Of a stretch of DNA of 64,000 nt, positions 8,132 to 16,088 are shown piece by piece; position 1 is the stretch's first letter; each line of letters starts with the position of its first letter. This stretch comes from a virus, in the IMG/VR virus record IMGVR_UViG_3300045988_139374, positions 96,001-160,000 of that record; one strand, given 5' to 3'. The position numbers were made by a program, and so were the translations under genes. Below the pieces are notes generated by a model. The model was not told the DNA's origin. It did not search any database and was given only the letters and a program-made list of their open reading frames with translations.

Positions 8132-9657
8132 CCCCCATAGAGTCGTACATCATTTTTCTGTTTTGCACCTTGCATTGCAATCATAAAACGATTATGGGCA
8201 TCTATTTCAGGTGTTTGTGGAACAACTCCTTCCGTTGTAACTACTGGTGGTGCGTTCTCCGGCACCCGGGACACCATATTTGTACTTCCATAGCTTGGTG
8301 TAGGCCTAGGTGTATTCATTGTCATAGCTTCTTTCTTATTCCTTTCATACACCTTTTTAAGAAGCTCCTCAATGGATACATATTCATCGTCTTTAGACGA
8401 AATAGGAATTTGAGTGTTCGATTCTCTAGCAAGACTTGCTCTGAAGTTATTAGTAGAATACTTATCATATCCTACTTTGGATCTCTTCTTTGCATCTCTC
8501 ATCGCAGACTGGATACGAAGAGAATATGCATTATCAAGGAACTGAGACAAAGTATAGTTAGTACCAGGTTCAAATCCCAATGCACGATCATGAGAATCTT
8601 TGATCTTCTGATGCATCTGTTCTGCATATGCAATTCTCTGAGGCATCTGCATTTCAAGATTGTCCAAATAATGACAAGCATCATATGCAGATCTAGTTTC
8701 CATATACTTATCATACTTCTCCTTTTCTTCAGGAGATGCACAAGTATAATTGAAGGGTTTTGCATGAGGCTGTTCTTTAACAGGGTCAAAATACTTTCTT
8801 GTTTTGTCTTCATCAAAGTCCTGATGCAAGTAAGTTGCTGCTGCTCTTGCAAGATCTGTGAAAACATTGATTTGATTGTTTCTGGCTTTTTCAAATTCCT
8901 CCTGACGTTTCTGGCTCATCATAGCTCCATACTGAGGATTACTATAGATAGGAGCTCCATAATAATCATATCCAACAACATAACCCTGAGGTTCCTGTAC
9001 TGCATCTTTACCAAGAACTTTTTCCATGATAGAAGCAGGATCTACGCTAGACGAATCTTCATAAAGAATTTCCTGAAGATCGAGGTTATAAGGATTCTGA
9101 CTATAAAGAGTTCTATTATAATAATTATAGAAGTTATACTGATTGAGACCAGAATTTTGTGCAGAATAATAAATATTATTAGTCCGCTTAGAAGGATCAT
9201 AAGGTTCAAATCCAAGCTGATTGGTATTAGCAGGATTCTGAACTGCAGACATAAAAGGATTATAACCCTGAGCTACAGAAGGAGGAGTGAATGTCTTTGT
9301 GACAGGATCATATCCACCTTGATTTACAGTTGCTCCACCCTGAATATATCCAGTATTCACTGCATTAGGGTTTACAGGATTATATCCAGATCCAGGGATA
9401 TTAGGATAAGCTGCTTGCTGCTGATGCATAGGAGGATTATATACTCCCATCATAGGCTGCTGTGGAGGAATAGTAACAGTAGTACCATTACTAAAGGTTG
9501 CTTCGATAGGAGTATTTACTCCAGGAATAATCTGACTCATCCCATTGCTATAGTTAGGATAAGAAGGAGGGTATCCATATCCTGGATACCCTCCAATACC
9601 ATAACCAGTATTAGGAGGAGTCATAAAATTACCTGAATACATATTTGTATCCATCAT
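8128..9657 (-). CDS. Hypothetical protein with about 190-aa N-terminal G/Y/P/N/Q-rich low-complexity region
   Basis: ORF track; AAAAGGAG upstream of ATGATG. The N-terminus MMDTNMYSGNFMTPPNTGYGIGGYPGYGYPPSYPNY resembles that of the 53885 product. Confidence 0.75.
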   Translation of the reverse strand: MMDTNMYSGNFMTPPNTGYGIGGYPGYGYPPSYPNYSNGMSQIIPGVNTPIEATFSNGTTVTIPPQQPMMGVYNPPMHQQQAAYPNIPGSGYNPVNPNAVNTGYIQGGATVNQGGYDPVTKTFTPPSVAQGYNPFMSAVQNPANTNQLGFEPYDPSKRTNNIYYSAQNSGLNQYNFYNYYNRTLYSQNPYNLDLQEILYEDSSSVDPASIMEKVLGKDAVQEPQGYVVGYDYYGAPIYSNPQYGAMMSQKRQEEFEKARNNQINVFTDLARAAATYLHQDFDEDKTRKYFDPVKEQPHAKPFNYTCASPEEKEKYDKYMETRSAYDACHYLDNLEMQMPQRIAYAEQMHQKIKDSHDRALGFEPGTNYTLSQFLDNAYSLRIQSAMRDAKKRSKVGYDKYSTNNFRASLARESNTQIPISSKDDEYVSIEELLKKVYERNKKEAMTMNTPRPTPSYGSTNMVSRVPENAPPVVTTEGVVPQTPEIDAHNRFMIAMQGAKQKNDVRLYGG

Positions 9658-9710
9658 TAGCTTTTATGATCTCCTTTTCTGTTTTAATTGAACTCTTCTC
9701 CTGAATCGTT

Positions 9711-9726
9711 CATAGTTATAATATCT
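9711..9726 (-). promoter_or_regulatory. Promoter-like 16-mer AGATATTATAACTATG (site a)
   Basis: Complement of 9711-9726. About 54 nt upstream of the 9657 start and on the same strand as that gene. Confidence 0.45.
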
Positions 9727-9731
9727 TTTTA

Positions 9732-10637
9732 TTATTCAAATTCGTTATCAGAAGTTTCCTTAAGATTGATACTATTGTTATAGATAGTATTTGCATCTCT
9801 AAAGTTGTCAATCAACACATTAGGATTCTCACCAGAAAGGAGAGCAGTCTCCAGAACACAAGCTTCATAATTCAGATCGCCCATGAACATTCTGAACAGA
9901 AAATTGAATCCTTTATAGAAATTCTCAGCATCCTTTGCAGTCATATAAGGAATCATACGAGGAATTACTCCACAAGCAAAAGTATTGTGAACAGATGCAC
10001 CATAATTATTAACTGCAGATGCAATATAAAGATGGAAAAGTCCAGAGTTCACAATATCCTCAATCTCCTTAGGAGCTTTACGGAAAACATCGTCAACGAT
10101 CCCAGCAATATCGTACTTAATATAATCATTAGCACTATATTCATCGAAATTAAAGGGCTTGACACCATAATTTCCAGCTAGATCATTTACGCTCTTAGCA
10201 ATAGACCAGAACAGATTGTTAGAAGCCTGAACAAAAGAGCTAACAATAGTTCTAGAAATAGTATCAGCATTATCAGATGCTGTACGAACAGTATCTTTTC
10301 TGCACAGGAATGCAGTATCTGCAGGAATCTTAGAAAGCTCAAAGTTATATCTGTCTGCAATATCACAGAAGCAAGCTCTAACAGTATTAGAGCCACTTGC
10401 ATTATCATCATAGCAATACAGAGTGACATTATCAAAAGTCACTGCAGGCTTATTGGGAACATACTTAGGCTGATCAACTTCTTCAGACTTAACTTCTTCA
10501 AGAGGAGAAGCAATAGTAGTGACGTTCATCCCTTCATGGATCTTAATGCCCATGGATTCAATGAACTTTCTAACATCTTTAGGATTGTTACCATTGTAGA
10601 TCTTATTGGGAATGATTTTCTTAGCGTTGTTCATCAT
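9732..10637 (-). CDS. Hypothetical protein
   Basis: ORF track; AAAGAAAGGAAAA upstream of ATGATG. Confidence 0.7.
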   Translation of the reverse strand: MMNNAKKIIPNKIYNGNNPKDVRKFIESMGIKIHEGMNVTTIASPLEEVKSEEVDQPKYVPNKPAVTFDNVTLYCYDDNASGSNTVRACFCDIADRYNFELSKIPADTAFLCRKDTVRTASDNADTISRTIVSSFVQASNNLFWSIAKSVNDLAGNYGVKPFNFDEYSANDYIKYDIAGIVDDVFRKAPKEIEDIVNSGLFHLYIASAVNNYGASVHNTFACGVIPRMIPYMTAKDAENFYKGFNFLFRMFMGDLNYEACVLETALLSGENPNVLIDNFRDANTIYNNSINLKETSDNEFE

Positions 10638-10662
10638 AATAATTTTCCTTTCTTTTTAGAGC

Positions 10663-11007
10663 TTATTTATCGAAATCATCTGTGGAATCATGATCCACAT
10701 ATGATTCATTCATCATTTCAGACATTGCATCAAAGTCTTCTTCAGAAGGATCAAATCCATTATCAATTTCTTCCGTCATCTTTTTGCAATAATCTTCGCA
10801 GAATTGATTAAGATCAATACCTTGCTGCTTGAGTTTAATTCTTTCAGCCATATAGATCATAAAAGTATATTTATGAATCTTATCCTGAGTAAAATCAATA
10901 AGCGTAAGGATGTCTTTGATATCGCCTAATCTAATAACAATAAGTGCTAAAAGAATAGCAATGCAGCCAAATGCTCCCCAAAAGCAGATGTAATTATACA
11001 TAGTCAT
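10663..11007 (-). CDS. Small membrane protein (N-terminal TM, acidic C-terminus)
   Basis: ORF track; GGAGG 11 nt upstream. Hydrophobic stretch YICFWGAFGCIAILLALIVI. Confidence 0.6.
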   Translation of the reverse strand: MTMYNYICFWGAFGCIAILLALIVIRLGDIKDILTLIDFTQDKIHKYTFMIYMAERIKLKQQGIDLNQFCEDYCKKMTEEIDNGFDPSEEDFDAMSEMMNESYVDHDSTDDFDK

Positions 11008-11476
11008 CTAAATTTTTACCTCCATCCATCTTAAGCATCCCAATTAGGGCATCTAAGAATTTATTCTGTATAGATATTGTTGTACCCACATTAAAATCTA
11101 ATAATGTAAAAGGTTTAATAATAATATTTGTTTTATTACTTTCTCCTTCTACGCTTAATTGACATGGATAGTTGTAAGTATTTTCATAGCATCCTACACT
11201 TACAATGTTTCCATCTTGATTATATTTAGATTTAAATATAAGAGAAGTAATTAATTTATACATGGATTCAGATTCCATTTTTATAGTTACCACTTCTCCT
11301 CCAAGTAAATCCAATATAGTAATCATATGGACATAAGTAGAGATAAACCTTCTTTCAGGATGTTCAGGATCATAGTCATAATCCGAAATCTTAGATGAAA
11401 GATAGACCTTGTGATCAAAAGTCCATTCTCCAATTTTATTGATTACCTGGTCTATTAAACTCCCGATATTTTCCAT
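10994..11476 (-). CDS. Hypothetical protein
   Basis: ORF track. The start overlaps the 3' end of the RNase H gene by 41 nt. Confidence 0.6.
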   Translation of the reverse strand: MENIGSLIDQVINKIGEWTFDHKVYLSSKISDYDYDPEHPERRFISTYVHMITILDLLGGEVVTIKMESESMYKLITSLIFKSKYNQDGNIVSVGCYENTYNYPCQLSVEGESNKTNIIIKPFTLLDFNVGTTISIQNKFLDALIGMLKMDGGKNLDDYV

Positions 11477-12185
11477 TCCTGTTCACCAAACTTAAATACT
11501 CATTCATATTGAATCTAGAATAGTCAAAACGTACTGCAAGTTTACCACTAGTAGTACAATCCCTATTTTCAATATAGGATTTAATAAATGTAGTAGAATA
11601 ATTATCTACTGTATTATTGCACATAGCGATAAAATAAGCTAGTTCATTAGTGATGTCTTCTCCAATAAATGGATTACTTCTAACAAACATTTCTTTAGCA
11701 TGTTCTAGAGCCGGAATATCTTTAATATTTACATGACCTTTTACATGATAAAACTCAAGTGGAATCTGATTAGCCAAAATAGTATAGATAATATCCATAT
11801 AGTAATTCTGATTTTTGATTCTACCTTTAGGTCCTAAAACATTTCCATAGTTATTTGTATCAATTACCCATCTATAGAGCCATTCTCTAATACCAATAAT
11901 AGCATTCTGATTATCTCCAAAGATCTTAATTCTATATCCTTTATACTTAACAGCTGCCTGCACTCCTAATAGAAGTGCATACAATTCTCCTTGCTGTGAA
12001 GTAGAGTTTAAAAGAATTGTCGCACCTTGCTCAATACACATATCGTTATGATAAACACAATATGCTGGAGCTGTATATGGAACATTAATGCCTTTAGAGA
12101 AATCTGGATTCTGTGATGAGGCATCTGTAAAAATACAGATAGTCTCATCATTAAAAAATTCTTCTTTAGTAGCGATTTTATACAC
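11436..12185 (-). CDS. rnhA: RNase HI-like ribonuclease H
   Basis: The catalytic D-E-D-H-D pattern appears in order: IFTDAS, GELYAL, IFGDNQ, HVKGHV. GTG start directly after an in-frame TGA, with AAAGGAA upstream. Confidence 0.7.
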   Translation of the reverse strand: MYKIATKEEFFNDETICIFTDASSQNPDFSKGINVPYTAPAYCVYHNDMCIEQGATILLNSTSQQGELYALLLGVQAAVKYKGYRIKIFGDNQNAIIGIREWLYRWVIDTNNYGNVLGPKGRIKNQNYYMDIIYTILANQIPLEFYHVKGHVNIKDIPALEHAKEMFVRSNPFIGEDITNELAYFIAMCNNTVDNYSTTFIKSYIENRDCTTSGKLAVRFDYSRFNMNEYLSLVNRNGKYREFNRPGNQ

Positions 12186-12245
12186 TATTCATCACCATTC
12201 CTTTCTTTATAAGTATATTGAAGAAATAATAAATCTTAACTTCTT

Positions 12246-12261
12246 CAATATTATAATATCT
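12246..12261 (-). promoter_or_regulatory. Promoter-like 16-mer AGATATTATAATATTG (site b)
   Basis: Complement of 12246-12261. It lies directly downstream of the terminator at 12282-12305 and about 61 nt upstream of the RNase H start. Confidence 0.45.
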
Positions 12262-12281
12262 GATTATAATAAAAATTAAAA

Positions 12282-12305
12282 CCCAAGAGGATTACTCCTC
12301 TTGGG
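12282..12305 (-). terminator. Intrinsic terminator closing the cassette array
   Basis: Stem CCCAAGAGGA/TCCTCTTGGG with loop TTAC. A T-run follows on the minus strand. Confidence 0.7.
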
Positions 12306-12312
12306 ATAATTA

Positions 12313-12636
12313 TTATCTAGGAATACAGAGCATTTTCCATTTAATAGTCATGTTTGTAGTACTAACCAATTTATATCCATTATCATAATTTCCAAGTTTC
12401 CATACGTAAAACATTTGCATTGTATCATATGGAAAATCATTACTTGGTGTTGTAGATATGAATGATAATCCTGGATATATATCATATGGGATTGCCCACA
12501 TTGATAATACCCAATATTTATACACATCTAGATCTCCAGAGTACGATCCATTATAATCATGCCCATTTAAAGTTATAAGTTGTGTGGTAGATGTAGAAAC
12601 TGTTGTAAGGTTCTTCACTTTAATAGAAGCGTCAGA
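12313..12636 (-). other. Cassette 1: open frame of 107 codons beginning SDASIKVKNL directly after a TAG; no ATG or SD
   Basis: The frame opens at 12636, right after TAG (12639-12637). The track ORF (12313..12618) relies on an internal GTG with no SD. It is in the same frame as cassette 2, separated by TAA-TTA-AAA-TAG. Confidence 0.5.
12624..12634 (-). repeat. Junction 11-mer TGACGCTTCTA, copy 1
   Basis: Exact 11-mer on the minus strand at the first codons of cassette 1. Confidence 0.9.
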
Positions 12637-12645
12637 CTATTTTAA

Positions 12646-13089
12646 TTATTTATTCACCCAATGATCTATATTATTCATATCATCATTATAAGTACTATTA
12701 TCTTTAATATACCAAAATTTGCATATAATAGGATTATTATAATCACGATATACTGATGTAGCAGAAATTGTTTCATCTATTGATAGATAAATACGACACC
12801 CATTATACATACCATAATATTTACTAAGTCCAAGGTCTGTTAATTCATCTCCTGGAAAAATAATCGCTGTATACCTATATAAGCTACTAACATTTCCAGC
12901 TATTTCTTTAATGGCATAACAAGGATATGCTTGTAAAACAACTATTGTATTTCTTAGCTGTGCATAATATTTTGTGGATGACTGTGGGATCTTGCACGTT
13001 CCACTTTCAATCTTAGAAGCGTCATACTCATTAAACATAGATAATATTTGCATGGTATGAAGTATCATAAGATGATGATGTACCATCAC
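12646..13089 (-). other. Cassette 2: open frame containing YDASKIESGT; possible weak start MFNEYDAS at 13038, no SD
   Basis: Track ORF with a GTG/ATG start at 13089/13086 that overlaps the end of cassette 3 in another frame. The only SD-like GGAG sits 2 nt from the ATG, which is too close. Confidence 0.5.
13014..13024 (-). repeat. Junction 11-mer TGACGCTTCTA, copy 2
   Basis: Exact 11-mer on the minus strand. Confidence 0.9.
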
Positions 13090-13255
13090 TCCAATGTTTT
13101 ATCCATCTACAATATAATTTTCCTTTATTTTGATAAACCCAGTCTGCATCATGGCTTACATCATCTAATATATCAAATCCTATCAATGTACCATTTAATG
13201 TATATCCATCTTTAGTAATATAAATATTACTAAGCTTCTTTATAGAAGCGTCAAA
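13031..13255 (-). other. Cassette 3: 74-codon open frame FDASIKKLSNIYITKDGYTLNG... opening directly after TGA-TAA; no start codon or SD
   Basis: Hand translation of the complement of 13255-13031. Below the ORF-track size cut-off. Preceded by the terminator at 13274-13303. Confidence 0.45.
13243..13253 (-). repeat. Junction 11-mer TGACGCTTCTA, copy 3
   Basis: Exact 11-mer on the minus strand. Confidence 0.9.
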
Positions 13256-13273
13256 TTATCAAAAAAAAAATAA

Positions 13274-13303
13274 AATGAGTGAAGATTTTATTCTTCACTC
13301 ATT
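13274..13303 (-). terminator. Intrinsic terminator after the 13311..13868 gene
   Basis: Stem AATGAGTGAAGA/TCTTCACTCATT with a 6-nt loop. On the minus strand it is followed by a run of 10 T (13270-13261). Confidence 0.75.
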
Positions 13304-13310
13304 CTTTCAG

Positions 13311-13868
13311 TTATTTCTGAATGTCGGTGTATCTTGTAAATATATCGTATGCTCTATGAATAAGATTGGTATATTGTCCTTTAAAACTAAGATCATATAA
13401 TTCATGAATAACATCTGTTCCGATAATATTCATATCTTTATCGTACCTAATAATATTAATATTAGGTATAGTATTTATCGAAAACTGATATCCATATTTA
13501 GCTTTATACATATCTGTATTGAAAATAAGGTTGTTAAACTGTCCATTGCACACATCCATACATGGAATAACATTTACATCTACATCTTTTTTACCTGCTC
13601 TCATAGTATAGCTAGTATTAGGCGAAGCTATTCTAATATAACCATCAACAGAAACTCGAATATATCCATCTAATTTAAATTTATCACCATTTACATGGCA
13701 TAATACATATAAAATATTTCCTTTAATACGTTGAAAAGCTACTTCATCTTTATAATCTCTATTTCCAATAGGAATATTTTTTGGAATGATTGTTCCTAAA
13801 TCTCCATAGGTGAAAAAATCATTATTTTCACAATTAATTTCAGCGGTCAATGCACTAGTAATACCCAT
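13311..13868 (-). CDS. Hypothetical protein (185 aa), possibly the expressed member of the cassette locus
   Basis: ORF track; GAAAGGAAAA upstream of the ATG, and promoter-like site c upstream. The N-terminus MGITSALTAEIN contains TTGACCGCTG (13850-13841), a degenerate relative of the junction motif. Confidence 0.7.
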   Translation of the reverse strand: MGITSALTAEINCENNDFFTYGDLGTIIPKNIPIGNRDYKDEVAFQRIKGNILYVLCHVNGDKFKLDGYIRVSVDGYIRIASPNTSYTMRAGKKDVDVNVIPCMDVCNGQFNNLIFNTDMYKAKYGYQFSINTIPNINIIRYDKDMNIIGTDVIHELYDLSFKGQYTNLIHRAYDIFTRYTDIQK

Positions 13869-13922
13869 AATTCATTTTCCTTTCTGTTATGAAATAATTA
13901 TTATGAATAGATATTTTCTATT

Positions 13923-13938
13923 CATATTTATAATATCT
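13923..13938 (-). promoter_or_regulatory. Promoter-like 16-mer AGATATTATAAATATG (site c)
   Basis: Complement of 13923-13938. Directly downstream of the terminator at 13954-13980 and about 55 nt upstream of the 13868 start. Confidence 0.45.
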
Positions 13939-13953
13939 AATTAAAACAAAATT

Positions 13954-13980
13954 TCCGGTAGAGATTAAATCTCTACCGGA
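13954..13980 (-). terminator. Intrinsic terminator after the 13988..14764 gene
   Basis: Stem TCCGGTAGAGAT/ATCTCTACCGGA with loop TAA, followed by a T-rich tract on the minus strand. Near-identical to the hairpin at 24989-25015. Confidence 0.75.
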
Positions 13981-13987
13981 TTTATTT

Positions 13988-14764
13988 TTAAACTGTCATG
14001 ATTAGAGGAATACTCTTATTATTAGCACTAACGTAATTAGATTCAAGATAATCAATTACATTATCTCTCTTACTAGCTTCATTCTCAAGATTTCCAATCT
14101 TAAGATCTAGAGTTGAAAATACTGTTTCCAATCCATCCCAATATTTTAAGTTATTAGAGAGGAAAGCTGCAACGTCAGCTTGAGCTAATTGTTCAAACTT
14201 TTCCATTGCAGTAGCAGGAATACTAGTAAGAGAATCTAAATGCTTTAGCAGAAGAATGATATTAAATTCTCCAATTGATACATCATAGTTGCCAGTTGCA
14301 ACTAGACGAATTCTATTAGGAGGTTCAAATTCAGGAATGATCTGATTACTAAACATAGAAGCATAATCAGCTCTTCCTTTCATTCCTAGGATATCATCCA
14401 TAGTAAAGTTTGCTGCTAGACCAGCATCTATAGTGCCATATCCAAAAGTTTGTGCAAGTCCAATAGATCTATTTCCATATTTGGTCCAATCTATATCTCC
14501 TACACCAAGAATAGTTTGCCCACCAATGAAATCTTCATTGATATAATACCAGCCTTCTTTTTTAGGAGCTGTTTGCTCATTAATCTTAAAAGAAAGCTTT
14601 CTAGGACAATATCTAGAATATGTAGTAAGAGAATCTTCTTTAATAACATTTGCCCAAGCATCTTTTCCAAATTCTGCAGGCAAATGCTTAGTAAGAGGAA
14701 TAAGTCCTAATCTCCACTCAATTTTATCTACCAATTTTGCAATATTATTTTGATATCCAGCCAT
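13988..14764 (-). CDS. Hypothetical protein (likely virion-module gene by position)
   Basis: ORF track. It follows the stop of the 14772 gene by 7 nt, downstream of the protease-like gene. Confidence 0.65.
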   Translation of the reverse strand: MAGYQNNIAKLVDKIEWRLGLIPLTKHLPAEFGKDAWANVIKEDSLTTYSRYCPRKLSFKINEQTAPKKEGWYYINEDFIGGQTILGVGDIDWTKYGNRSIGLAQTFGYGTIDAGLAANFTMDDILGMKGRADYASMFSNQIIPEFEPPNRIRLVATGNYDVSIGEFNIILLLKHLDSLTSIPATAMEKFEQLAQADVAAFLSNNLKYWDGLETVFSTLDLKIGNLENEASKRDNVIDYLESNYVSANNKSIPLIMTV

Positions 14765-14771
14765 AGGTCAT

Positions 14772-15107
14772 TTAACCTACTTTCTTAATAACAATGGATC
14801 CATTATTACATTCAATCTTATATTGATTAGGACACACAGAATCGATGGTAGATTGTAGCAAACCTACAACTACATTAGCAATGAAAGGTTCAAGAAATTT
14901 ATTAAAGAATTTATCATTAGTAAGAGCAACATCAACTTGCATACCATCATCAGAAATGGTAGTGCAAACATGGAGTTTCTTCTTAGTGGTATCTTTTTCT
15001 TTACAAAGATCTTGATATTCTTCTACACAATTCAAATCATCAATACAAGGTGTAATAACAGAATTTAGTTTATCAATATCTTCATTGGTAAATTTCTGTG
15101 TACTCAT
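14772..15107 (-). CDS. Hypothetical protein
   Basis: Track ORF 14772..15113. The ATG at 15107 is preceded by AAAGGAGAA. Confidence 0.65.
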   Translation of the reverse strand: MSTQKFTNEDIDKLNSVITPCIDDLNCVEEYQDLCKEKDTTKKKLHVCTTISDDGMQVDVALTNDKFFNKFLEPFIANVVVGLLQSTIDSVCPNQYKIECNNGSIVIKKVG

Positions 15108-15128
15108 AATCAATTCTCCTTTCGTAGA

Positions 15129-15989
15129 TTAAATGTAATTTTGAATCTCATTTGCAATATAGTCTTCAATACTCATAACGATAGTATTTTTTCCAGCTTC
15201 AGTAAGAGCTAGCTTATGAGGATTAATAATATCTACTGTATCATACTTAGTCATATCATAGCATTCCTGGAGCATCTTAAAATTAGAACTCTTATCCTTG
15301 ACATAGCTAATAGCAGATTCTTTAATAGTAGAAATTGCATTAACTACATCTTGATTAGAAAATTCCTTAATGAAAGATTTACTTCCATCCATTGCATTAG
15401 ACATAGCAAAGTTAGACTTAGGAATAGCAATACTAGAAGCAGATTCATTTAGAACTCCTCTTGTATATGCGTGAGGATGAGAAGGATAAATGACATAGTC
15501 ATAAGTAATCATCTTAAGATTCTCAACAACTGCACCCTGAGGAGTACTAGAAATAGTACCAAGTGCACGAAGTGAAAATGCAGGAAGAACTCCTTGACGC
15601 AGATCCTTATCAAAAGCTTCGCCTAGAGCATTATTAGTTCCCTGGAAGGTAGACATAACATTATCGCCTTCCATCCAAAGCTTTAGATATCTAACACAGA
15701 TCTTAGTCGGATCAATAGTTTGCTGACGAACTAGAGAACTAGCATCTGCTCCAATAGGATGTCCAGCTTCTCCACATAGTTGTCCAGCTGCTAGCAATTC
15801 TTGCTGTCTAGGAGCATTAACTTCTCTAATCAGATCTGCAGTCCTATAAATACGTCCATTACGATTCTTTTCATTGCCTGTCTGAAGAGTGCCGATACCA
15901 GTAACACGATTATTATTTTTATCTTCTCTAATGTCTACACTTTCCATGCAAACACTAGATTCATTTAGAATATATCCAATTTTGCCCAT
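15129..15989 (-). CDS. Prohead (head-maturation) serine-protease-like protein
   Basis: Track ORF 15129..16007. The ATG at 15989 follows GGGAGG. Motifs NRNGRIY ... GQLCGEAGHP ... FSLRALG match my recollection of the NxNGRxYP ... GELDHP ... SSRGLG pattern of SPO1/Twort-type prohead proteases. This is from memory, not a search. Confidence 0.5.
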   Translation of the reverse strand: MGKIGYILNESSVCMESVDIREDKNNNRVTGIGTLQTGNEKNRNGRIYRTADLIREVNAPRQQELLAAGQLCGEAGHPIGADASSLVRQQTIDPTKICVRYLKLWMEGDNVMSTFQGTNNALGEAFDKDLRQGVLPAFSLRALGTISSTPQGAVVENLKMITYDYVIYPSHPHAYTRGVLNESASSIAIPKSNFAMSNAMDGSKSFIKEFSNQDVVNAISTIKESAISYVKDKSSNFKMLQECYDMTKYDTVDIINPHKLALTEAGKNTIVMSIEDYIANEIQNYI

Positions 15990-16050
15990 GGTAATAATAC
16001 CTCCCATGCTAAAATTTGTTAGGCTAATTACTAAAAAGTTAAGGAATAAT

Positions 16051-16079
16051 ACCCGAATAGACTATTTGCCTATTCGGGT
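16051..16079 (-). terminator. Hairpin terminator between the 16089 and 15989 genes
   Basis: Stem ACCCGAATAG/CTATTCGGGT with a 9-nt loop. T-rich tracts flank both sides. Confidence 0.55.
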
Positions 16080-16088
16080 AATTTTTAA

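Noticed and set aside
8170-9636. A 488-aa plus-strand ORF almost exactly antisense to the 8128..9657 gene.
   Set aside because: It has no SD, and its composition is I/R/S/C-rich junk (MHCNHKTIMGIYFRCLWNNSFRC...). The minus-strand ORF has a proper SD and start and a coherent composition. This is a typical shadow ORF caused by codon bias.
12619-12645. Stop-codon read-through joining cassette 2 to cassette 1, which are in the same frame.
   Set aside because: Two different stops (TAA and TAG) lie within nine codons. Double read-through is implausible without recoding signals, and the rest of the window uses both codons as genuine stops.
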